Positions 8,633 through 16,393 of a stretch of 64,000 nt of DNA are shown piece by piece (position 1 is the stretch's first letter; every line of letters begins with the position of its first letter). Source of the DNA: Candidatus Flemingiibacterium sp. (GTDB lineage Bacteria; Bacillota; Clostridia; Oscillospirales; CAG-272); contig JAZNFI010000053.1 of assembly GCA_045589075.1 (NCBI GenBank), forward strand, positions 173-64,172. Reading direction: 5' to 3'. Under the pieces are notes generated by a model. It was not told where the DNA came from. It did no database searches and saw only the letters and a program-made list of their open reading frames with translations. A program made the position numbers and the translations under genes.

Positions 8633-10759
8633 TTACAAACGGTACGAAATTTCGGTGATTATGCTGGAAATAAAGCTTACTATCTTAGAAAGCAGCGTAG
8701 AGAAAAGTACACCGATAAACATGATTATCGCCATACCGAGTATGGTACCAACGGAAGTAAGAATGTTCTTCGAGAAGCCGTAATCGTGAGTAACCATCGA
8801 GCCGAAGAAGATAAGTAGTCCTGCCCAGATGAACGCGAAAGAAACGAGAAGATTGATGATGGTCGCCTCTGAAGCTATCGAGAAGTTAGAAATGATAACT
8901 GAAGGAATGATAAGAATGGGCAGAGGAACAAGTGCGTAGCTGGTAGCAACGAAAATGTCCTTGAGGCTGCCTTCACCGTCGAACAGCGTGGTGAGACACC
9001 AGTTAGCTATGGTCCAAAGAAGCAGCGGAACCACAACAGCTATTATCTGTACGAATATGGTGGAGGACTGCTGACGTGGATCAAAAATGTAACCGGTTCC
9101 CACATCCTGATAGTAGAATGCAAGCACAGTAAGCGCAATCCATACTAAGGAAGCTCTTACCGAGCCGCGCTGCTCATGCTTAAGGTCCCAGAATCCGTCA
9201 AAAGGATGTACTACCAGATGCTGGGCATACATAAGCTCCTCCCAGAACGTCTTTCTGCCCTTTTTAAGCTGGGTTTTCTTGTTGAGCTTTGTAGCATACT
9301 TGTTGAAGAGGACGAAAAGCACCACAAGAACGATAACCGTGATAGGAATGAGCAGAATCCAATCCGAGATCCATGCTTTTCTTATCTCTTTGAAAGACTC
9401 TGAATAATTATCGGTATCGTAGGCTGCCTTGTAATACTCAAGAGACTCCTCATATTCCGCATTTCTGTAAAGACTCTTACCAATGCCTATATAGGCAGTG
9501 TCGAAGTTGTTGTTTCTCTTAAGAATCTCGGTCCAGAAGTCAACGGTCTTATCATAGTTGCGCTCATTGGTATTTTTGATGGCATCAATAAGCAGATCAC
9601 CGTATTCGGTCCGTCTGAATACCGTAATACTGTCAGCGTTTTTGTCAAGAACGAGAATATCATTCTCAAGGTAAGCAATCGCCTCAACAGACAGAATGTT
9701 ACCAAGCTGCTGACCCATGTCGCCAAATACGAAGAGAAGGTTTCCGTCTTCATCGTATGTGAAGATCTTGGAACGCTTTTCGTCGATTATCGACCATGTT
9801 CCCTCCGGGCCTACAGCCGCATCGATAATCTTGGAAGCGCCGGTGATCTTAGCGGTGGAGAGGTTTGTTACATTAACCTCACCGCCGGGATTAAAGAATC
9901 CATTGCGCTTCATAATATCGGCACCAGCCGTATTGAGCTTCTTCACAGGCGAATATTCGCTGTTCTTACTCTTAATAGAAGCCTGCTGTGAGCTTTCGGG
10001 AATGGAAGATGTTGTTACATAAAGGAATCCGTTTTCATCAATTGTTATATTGTTGAACTCGGTGGAAACGTACTGCTGAGAAAGTGCTCTCTGCTCGTCA
10101 GTCTGGAAACGTCTCCAAAGAATGTCAAGAGCGTCTACAGTTACCTTCTGAGCACCGATAAAGCCCTGGAACACACCGTCCTCATTGATAGCTATAACAC
10201 CCATGTAGGTGGTAGATGATACTACAAAAATACGACCGTAAGCATCAACTGCTATTGCAACCGGTTTATAGATGGAGCCGGCGGGGAAAACGTCTGCATC
10301 CGGTTCTTCAATGGTCTTATAGTAAGTACCGTCAAGCTGACACATTACAATACGGTTGTTGTCGGTATCGGCAATGTAGATGTACTCATCGGTAACAAAC
10401 ACACCGGACGGAGCCTTAAGACTATCCGGAACTCCGTTCATGTTGATGAATTCGCCAATTGTAAACTTAAGCTTGTAGTATCTGTCAAGAACTACGATTC
10501 TGTTGTTCGCCGCGTCTGCTATGTAAACATTTTTGTTAGCATCCACAACAAGGTCACGCGGGTCGTCAATAGGAGTATCGAGTCCCATATACTGGGAGTC
10601 AACCTTTCTGTCCGGCACGTAAGCATCGGGAGACATAAGAGCGTAACCATCTATAGAGTACGTGTAGGTTGCATAGGGTGTTATTGCTCCGAGTGGGAGA
10701 CAGCCGAGCATAAGCAAAATGCTGGCCGCAAGGGTAAATATTTTAGAGATTTTTTTCAT
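8633..10759 (-). CDS. Exported six-bladed NHL-like beta-propeller fused to a TPR-like segment and a C-terminal Yip1-type polytopic membrane domain
   Basis: Signal-like N-terminus. Blades include NVYIADAANNRIVVLD, YIYIADTDNNRIVMCQ, GRIFVVSS, GFLYVTTSS, KIFTYDEDGNLLFVFG and DILVLDKNADSITVFRR. A TM helix (ILLIPITVIVLVVLFVLF) is followed by HPFDGFWDLKHEQRGS and about five more TM helices. SD AAGGAGGG lies upstream. Confidence 0.8.
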   Translation of the reverse strand: MKKISKIFTLAASILLMLGCLPLGAITPYATYTYSIDGYALMSPDAYVPDRKVDSQYMGLDTPIDDPRDLVVDANKNVYIADAANNRIVVLDRYYKLKFTIGEFINMNGVPDSLKAPSGVFVTDEYIYIADTDNNRIVMCQLDGTYYKTIEEPDADVFPAGSIYKPVAIAVDAYGRIFVVSSTTYMGVIAINEDGVFQGFIGAQKVTVDALDILWRRFQTDEQRALSQQYVSTEFNNITIDENGFLYVTTSSIPESSQQASIKSKNSEYSPVKKLNTAGADIMKRNGFFNPGGEVNVTNLSTAKITGASKIIDAAVGPEGTWSIIDEKRSKIFTYDEDGNLLFVFGDMGQQLGNILSVEAIAYLENDILVLDKNADSITVFRRTEYGDLLIDAIKNTNERNYDKTVDFWTEILKRNNNFDTAYIGIGKSLYRNAEYEESLEYYKAAYDTDNYSESFKEIRKAWISDWILLIPITVIVLVVLFVLFNKYATKLNKKTQLKKGRKTFWEELMYAQHLVVHPFDGFWDLKHEQRGSVRASLVWIALTVLAFYYQDVGTGYIFDPRQQSSTIFVQIIAVVVPLLLWTIANWCLTTLFDGEGSLKDIFVATSYALVPLPILIIPSVIISNFSIASEATIINLLVSFAFIWAGLLIFFGSMVTHDYGFSKNILTSVGTILGMAIIMFIGVLFSTLLSKIVSFISSIITEISYRL

Positions 10760-10770
10760 TTTTACCCTCC

Positions 10771-11643
10771 TTAGTCCTTCATACCCGACGAACCCATGGT
10801 TTCGATGATGTTACTCTGCGTTATAATAAATACAGAAATCGGCACAGCCATCATGACAACCTGGGAAGCCGCTGCAGCACCCGCACGGGCAATACCGCCG
10901 GATACAATCTGGTTAATAGCGTAGTTAAATGTCTTTAACTGTTCTGAATAAATATAGATTGAGTTACCTGCATTCCACAGTCCCTGGAACGAGTAGATTA
11001 TAAGTGTAAGCCACGCAGGCTTAACCATCGGCATCGCGATTTTTAAGAATGTGTAGAACTCGGAAGCACCGTCAAGACGCGCTGATTCAAGAACTGCATC
11101 GGATACCGCAGTCTCCATGAACTGCTTCATGAGGTACAAGCCAAGGGATGTACACCAAGCGGGAACAATTATCGCAAGATATGTATCAACCCAGCCAAGT
11201 GTACTCATGGTAAGGAAGTTAGCGATACCTGTAACGGTAGAGTTAAACATAAGAGAAAGTACGATAACTTCAAATATCCATCTGCGGCCGGGGAATTTAA
11301 TCTTAGCAAGAGCGTATGCCGCAAGCGAGGAAAGAAGAAGGTTTCCTGCTGTACCTGAAACAGATATGAATACCGTATTGAATATGTATCTTGAGAAAGG
11401 AACCCAAGAGGTGCCCATGAGCTTAAACAAGTCTGTAAAGTTCTTGAGCGTGGGGCTCATAACGTAGAAACGAGGTGGAAACATCCACAGCTCATCAAGA
11501 GGCTTCAGTGACTGCATGATAACGTAAAGCATCGGCAGGAACATGAATGCGCCCAAAAGGATGAGCATTATATTAATTCCTATGTCGCCTCCAACCGAAC
11601 GGTTGAGGACAACTTTATGTTTTCTGGTTCTTAATCTTGCCAT
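10771..11643 (-). CDS. Carbohydrate ABC transporter permease (MalG/CUT1-type), proximal pair
   Basis: EAA loop LESARLDGASEFYTFLKIAMPMVKPAW. The gap to the upstream permease gene is 1 nt. Confidence 0.85.
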   Translation of the reverse strand: MARLRTRKHKVVLNRSVGGDIGINIMLILLGAFMFLPMLYVIMQSLKPLDELWMFPPRFYVMSPTLKNFTDLFKLMGTSWVPFSRYIFNTVFISVSGTAGNLLLSSLAAYALAKIKFPGRRWIFEVIVLSLMFNSTVTGIANFLTMSTLGWVDTYLAIIVPAWCTSLGLYLMKQFMETAVSDAVLESARLDGASEFYTFLKIAMPMVKPAWLTLIIYSFQGLWNAGNSIYIYSEQLKTFNYAINQIVSGGIARAGAAAASQVVMMAVPISVFIITQSNIIETMGSSGMKD

Positions 11644-11644
11644 A

Positions 11645-12601
11645 TTATTGTCCCACCTTCGATAAGAGTTTCTTGATAATCAGGTTGCATCCTACCATGA
11701 CCACAAAGAGTACAACCGCGATGGTAGAAGAATAACCAACCTCGACACGCTGTCCGCCGTAGTCCTCAAGGTGATGCATGGTGGTGTGCGCCGCATAGTC
11801 AACCGACGGGAAGCCTGCAAGTGCCGTAACTACCGCACCAAATCCGAATGAACCTGTAATTGCCATAACCGCACCGAACATAAGCTGGGGCTTCATTGTC
11901 GGCAGAGTTATGTACCAAAGCTCCTGCCATCTGTTCTTAACGCCGTCAACAGCACCTGCCTCATAGAGAGACTTGTCGATTGTCTGGAGACCTGCGATGA
12001 ACGAAAGAAAGGAGGTTCCGAGTGAGGTCCAAAGAGCAACTACAATACAGAGTCCCATAACGTAGCTTGCATCCTGGAACCAAAGAATCGGGCTTCGGAT
12101 AAGGCCGAACTCCATGAGCCAAGCGTTTACATAGCCATAGGAGTCGCCGGAGAAAAGCACGCTCCAGATAAGGTAAACCGAACCGGCGATGGAGGGCGCG
12201 TAGAAGATAAGTGTTACTACCGCACGAACCTTGGGTCCAAGCTCGTTGATAAACCATGCAACGAGAAGGGATATAACATAGGATGCGGGGCCTGTTATAG
12301 ACGCAAACACGAGAGTGTTCTGCGCCGCAGTTATAAATATGTCATCATCCAGGAACAATCTGATATAGTTGTCGAGGAAAACGAAGGTAGGAAATTCGAG
12401 AAGGTTGAATTCCGTTAAACTCAGTATAATCGAAAGGACGACCGGGAACACGGTGAAGACCGTAAAGAGAATCATAAAAGGTGCGATCATAAAATACGCA
12501 GTTTTATTACGGGCTATCTCTTTAAGAGTCCACTGGAATTTGGTCATGTCCTTACGGGAAGTCGGCTTTGGCTGATTGGCAGCCGCTGCGTTCTGTGACA
12601 T
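11645..12601 (-). CDS. Sugar ABC transporter permease (MalF/CUT1-type), proximal pair
   Basis: EAA loop YEAGAVDGVKNRWQELWYITLPTMKPQL. SD AAGGAGAG lies 6 nt before the ATG at 12601. Confidence 0.85.
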   Translation of the reverse strand: MSQNAAAANQPKPTSRKDMTKFQWTLKEIARNKTAYFMIAPFMILFTVFTVFPVVLSIILSLTEFNLLEFPTFVFLDNYIRLFLDDDIFITAAQNTLVFASITGPASYVISLLVAWFINELGPKVRAVVTLIFYAPSIAGSVYLIWSVLFSGDSYGYVNAWLMEFGLIRSPILWFQDASYVMGLCIVVALWTSLGTSFLSFIAGLQTIDKSLYEAGAVDGVKNRWQELWYITLPTMKPQLMFGAVMAITGSFGFGAVVTALAGFPSVDYAAHTTMHHLEDYGGQRVEVGYSSTIAVVLFVVMVGCNLIIKKLLSKVGQ

Positions 12602-12638
12602 GATGTTCTCTCCTTTACAGATAAGTTGATTCTTCTCC

Positions 12639-12673
12639 CTTATTCTCCTCTGCCGTCAGCAGAGGAGAATAAG
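12639..12673 (-). promoter_or_regulatory. Perfect 15-bp-stem intercistronic hairpin between the SBP gene and the first permease gene
   Basis: cttattctcctctgc / cgtca / gcagaggagaataag. No U-tract follows on the minus strand, so this looks more like an mRNA-stabilising or attenuating hairpin than a full terminator. Confidence 0.6.
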
Positions 12674-12695
12674 AAACAAATTGTTTTTCCGCGGT

Positions 12696-15686
12696 TTAGT
12701 TCTGCGCTGCTATCGCCTCTTCGATGCTCTGGCCAAGCTCAAGTGTAGGAAGATCGAATTCCTGACGTTTTCTGGTGATTTCCTTGTTAATGTCGTCAAT
12801 ATAGCTGAGCATTTCTTCAACAGGATCCGAATTATTATTGTATGCATCAAGGAATGCAAATCCAACATAACGCGCAATAATATATCCGCCGGGCATTTCG
12901 GGGATTATTGCCAGATTGTTGTACTGTGCAAGGATATTTTCAAGATCTGTTGTAGACCACGGCAGGGATTCAAGAGCTTCCTTGTTAGCGGTAGCGTACA
13001 TCGCGCCCTGACCTACGATAGCAACCATTTCGTTAGCGTAATGTGACTGTGTTTCTGCTGTGGTGTACCAATCCATGAATCTCCAAGCATTTTCACGTTT
13101 ATCACATCCATTCATCATTACCATAGCTGTTACCGTGGAAATAGCGGTGTTATTGATATTGCCTTCCTCGTCCTCCATACCTATAATCGGTACGAACTCC
13201 CAAAGATCGCGTATTTCCGTTGCGAATATTGAAAGCTGATTGTACATGGATACGTAGTCGGAGAAGATAATAGGCATCTCACCTGTTCTGAAGCGGTTAG
13301 CCGGATCAAAGGTAACAGGGAAAGAATACTGAGTAAAGTAAGAACAGAGTTTGTCAAATGCCTCAAGTGATGTGTTGGTATCAAGATTTATCTTGGAGCC
13401 GTACCAATTACGGTTGGAGCCGTCGCCGTAAGCTTCGCTGTTAGGATCGTCGTACTCCTTGCCGTCGTACAGATCCTCGCCCATCTGATAGAGGAAGAGC
13501 TGAAGTCCGGGATAGTTTGACGGGACACCAACCTGCATGTTGTTATACTGAAGAACGGGAATTGCCTCCATAAGATCGTCCCATGTCCTTGGAATCTCGA
13601 TTCCCAGTTCTGCAAGTATGTCCTTGCGATAGAACATCATCGAGAAGGACTGGGTCTCGGGAAGACCGTAGGTTGAACCGTAAAGCGACAGCGGAACTAT
13701 TGCAGCCTCGGAGAACCTGGAGGTTACCTCCTCAAATGTATCAAATTCGTTGAGAGGCTGGACCGCATTACGAATAGCATACTGAACAGGAGTGCTCTGC
13801 GCCTGCTCCATCGCTACATCGGGACCGGTTCCGGAAAGGGTCGCGGGAAGGAGCGTACCGCTTACAACAAGTCGGAGATTTACTCCGATGTTGGTTGTGG
13901 AGGTAAAGTAGTTGTCGCACATTGCTCGAACTACCTGCGCCTGGTCGCGTCCTGTCTGTACCCAAACATCGATAACGTCCTCTTCAGCCAGCTCTACCGT
14001 AGCACCAAGATTGGAATAATCGGTGAAGAACGACATCACGAAGGAGCTTATTTCAAACCATAACGCTTCAAAGAAGTTCGCCTCAGCTCTGGGAAGTGCT
14101 GTTCCTGTGGGCTGAATGCAGATATAGTCGAATGAGAGCGGCTGACTTCTTACGCTGTTAAGCCATGTTCCAAGTGTACCGATGTAGCTCTTTAAGGTTC
14201 CGAGGTTATTTGCAACCTCATCTTCGTCGGTAGCCATCTTCTTAAGGACACGAGCGATGTTGTCAAGAGTTGCCGTGTTGCTGCCCTTTTCACCGGTAAT
14301 CTCGGTGATGAGTTTCGAAACCTCATCAAGGACAAGATACTGTTTATACATATCCCTGATGGTATCCGGAATGAGTCCGTTAAAGTTGTAGTCACGGTAT
14401 TCGTCCGGGGTAGCGCCGGTTATCTGAAGAATTTTCAGATAGTCTCTGTTTATAGAGTCAAGCACGTTCTGTACACGACCGATTGTATCGCTCATGTTTC
14501 CGAGAACAACTTCAAACTCGATTGTATATTCCTTACCTTCTTCAAAGTAGAATTTAAACTCGGTTTCGCCGTTGCCAAGAGGTTTTGTTACCCATTCTTC
14601 TGTGAAATTAAACTGAAGATAATTAGCTTCCTCAAAGGGGATCTCACCGTTTATGTAAATGCGGCGAGAGGTATACATACCCGCAAGATCTGCCTGCTTG
14701 TAGCGAGGAACTATGTCATAAAAACCTGTCTTCTCGCACACAAAGGTATATCTTAGCCACTGACCGACACCTTGCCACTTTGTTCCGCCTATATAGTTAA
14801 GCTTGGAAAGCGAAGGGCTCTGGGGTTGTGTCAGAGCTGACGATCTGTCGTTGGCGGGATAGATGGTCTGATCTGATGTGGCGTCGGTAAACTCCGCCTG
14901 GAAGATGATGGGCTCTGCCCCTTCTGCCGAAGCGTCCCCGCACTTCTCGAGATATTCCTCATACGTCGGGAGATCCTCATACGGGAAAAGAGTTATGGAC
15001 TTTAAGATGAGTACCTCACGGCTCGCTTCAAGGGAAATGGTGTGTTCACCTTCCGTAAAGACAAACTCGTAAGGATGCACATTGTAACCGGTGGAATCTT
15101 CAAAAACGTAGGTTCTCCATTCGGGAGAAATGTACTTCATAGGTCTTACGTCATTGCCCTGAAGGTCTTGAACGAACGATTTTGAACCATCCTCATTAAT
15201 TACATAATCATCGCGCCACACTTTACCGATAGCAAGGTATCTCGCACCCTTAAACGGATACTCGCCGTCAACACGGAATTTCCTCTCGATGTCGGTGGAT
15301 TTACCGTCAGCCGGGAAGCTGTATTCAATCTTGATTGCGTATTTCGCATCGGCCGGGATTTCAACATCCCACGCCACAATGCCGGAATTGGGCATATATA
15401 AAGTCCCGTCCTCAACACGCACATCTGCGGTCGTAGCTTCTTTGTTGTAGTCAAGTGCATCAATCACAATAGACTCGGAAGCACGCTTAACGCCGGCATT
15501 TCTGTCGGCATATTCAGCGTACTCCTCGGCGTTTAGAAGGTCCTGAACGTCAGCAATATCGTAGCCAACGGTAGAAGAAGCCTTCTCCTCGGTTTCGCCG
15601 GTGTCAGCCGCTACGCTGAACGCGGAACCGAGTGTCACAAGTGATAAAAACAACGCAATTAACCTTGTTAACTTGGTTTTTTTCAT
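12696..15686 (-). CDS. Giant (997 aa) extracellular solute-binding protein: N-terminal ~550-aa extension with duplicated beta-sandwich-like modules plus a C-terminal family-1-type SBP domain
   Basis: I chose the start at ATG 15686 (MKKTKLTRLIALFLSLVTLGSAFSVAA/D), preceded by AGGAGG. The 48 codons further upstream in the ORF look non-coding. The C-terminal part is SBP-like (SFSMMFYRKDILAELGIEIPRTWDDLMEAIPVLQ). An internal repeat is visible: YAIKIEY..RKFRVDGEYPFKGARYL versus YDIVPRY..RRIYINGEIPFEEANYL. Confidence 0.85.
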   Translation of the reverse strand: MKKTKLTRLIALFLSLVTLGSAFSVAADTGETEEKASSTVGYDIADVQDLLNAEEYAEYADRNAGVKRASESIVIDALDYNKEATTADVRVEDGTLYMPNSGIVAWDVEIPADAKYAIKIEYSFPADGKSTDIERKFRVDGEYPFKGARYLAIGKVWRDDYVINEDGSKSFVQDLQGNDVRPMKYISPEWRTYVFEDSTGYNVHPYEFVFTEGEHTISLEASREVLILKSITLFPYEDLPTYEEYLEKCGDASAEGAEPIIFQAEFTDATSDQTIYPANDRSSALTQPQSPSLSKLNYIGGTKWQGVGQWLRYTFVCEKTGFYDIVPRYKQADLAGMYTSRRIYINGEIPFEEANYLQFNFTEEWVTKPLGNGETEFKFYFEEGKEYTIEFEVVLGNMSDTIGRVQNVLDSINRDYLKILQITGATPDEYRDYNFNGLIPDTIRDMYKQYLVLDEVSKLITEITGEKGSNTATLDNIARVLKKMATDEDEVANNLGTLKSYIGTLGTWLNSVRSQPLSFDYICIQPTGTALPRAEANFFEALWFEISSFVMSFFTDYSNLGATVELAEEDVIDVWVQTGRDQAQVVRAMCDNYFTSTTNIGVNLRLVVSGTLLPATLSGTGPDVAMEQAQSTPVQYAIRNAVQPLNEFDTFEEVTSRFSEAAIVPLSLYGSTYGLPETQSFSMMFYRKDILAELGIEIPRTWDDLMEAIPVLQYNNMQVGVPSNYPGLQLFLYQMGEDLYDGKEYDDPNSEAYGDGSNRNWYGSKINLDTNTSLEAFDKLCSYFTQYSFPVTFDPANRFRTGEMPIIFSDYVSMYNQLSIFATEIRDLWEFVPIIGMEDEEGNINNTAISTVTAMVMMNGCDKRENAWRFMDWYTTAETQSHYANEMVAIVGQGAMYATANKEALESLPWSTTDLENILAQYNNLAIIPEMPGGYIIARYVGFAFLDAYNNNSDPVEEMLSYIDDINKEITRKRQEFDLPTLELGQSIEEAIAAQN

Positions 15687-15896
15687 CAACATTTCCTCCT
15701 GCCAAGAATTACTTTGAAGGGTATAAATTTCTAAAACAGCCAAGCGGTCACGTTTTGTATCTCTGAAACGCCCATGGGTGTGGCAAAAGTCAAGGCGCCA
15801 ACGCAAAGTTATGCACAAAAAGTGTCGCAAAGCAGTGAAATAAGTCGGCGCACAACCACTTCAACATGGCAAGTCCGCCGATTTTTTCATACCTAT

Positions 15897-15925
15897 ATAA
15901 TAACACAACAGCAACAAAAAGTCAA
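15897..15925 (-). promoter_or_regulatory. Candidate sigma-A promoter of the ABC operon (TTGACT-17-TATTAT)
   Basis: On the minus strand, TTGACT (15925-15920), a 17-nt spacer, then TATTAT (15902-15897). This would give a ~200-nt leader before ATG 15686. Confidence 0.4.
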
Positions 15926-16058
15926 TAGTCGCATTTTTTTGAAATCTTTTTAACACTCTCCGTCAAACACATTCGCGTCAACATTTTCGCGTGTTCATAT
16001 TTAAGTTTTTGAGCTCCCCGGCATTGGCGCGGTTTTTCCCCGCTGTTGCGATGCGGCT

Positions 16059-16079
16059 ATAGTAATTTATAATTACTAT
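16059..16079. repeat. 21-nt palindrome with 9-bp perfect arms (candidate operator)
   Basis: atagtaatt-tat-aattactat, inside the ~700-nt ORF-free region upstream of the ABC operon. Confidence 0.5.
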
Positions 16080-16365
16080 TTAGTGCTAATAATCCTGGTA
16101 TATTCGGGCTATTTGTCGAATTGGTATAATTTGTGTGCATTTAGGTAATTTATATTTACCCATTTCCTGCATCCGTCGCGTTGTTTATTGTTTATAATAA
16201 GGCAAAACATTTGATGCAAAATGCACAAATTTATTCGCTTTTTTTCTACACTTATACAAACTGCACAATTTGTGCGAAATCTGCCAATTTATCACTCTAC
16301 GGGCATCATTCAGCTAAGCGACTATGAAAGCCGCCCCTCTTTTGACCACGTTATATAGCAAAATC

Positions 16366-16387
16366 GGATGGGCAAGCTCGCCCATCC
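16366..16387 (-). terminator. Terminator hairpin after the ThrE-like gene pair
   Basis: ggatgggc / aagctc / gcccatcc. On the minus strand it is followed by GATTTTGC. Confidence 0.55.
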
Positions 16388-16393
16388 AATTTG

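Noticed and set aside
15687-15830. 48-codon N-terminal extension of the SBP ORF (track start 15830).
   Set aside because: The extension (MRHFLCITLRWRLDFCHTHGRF...) looks non-coding. A canonical AGGAGG-ATG start at 15686 is followed directly by a signal peptide.
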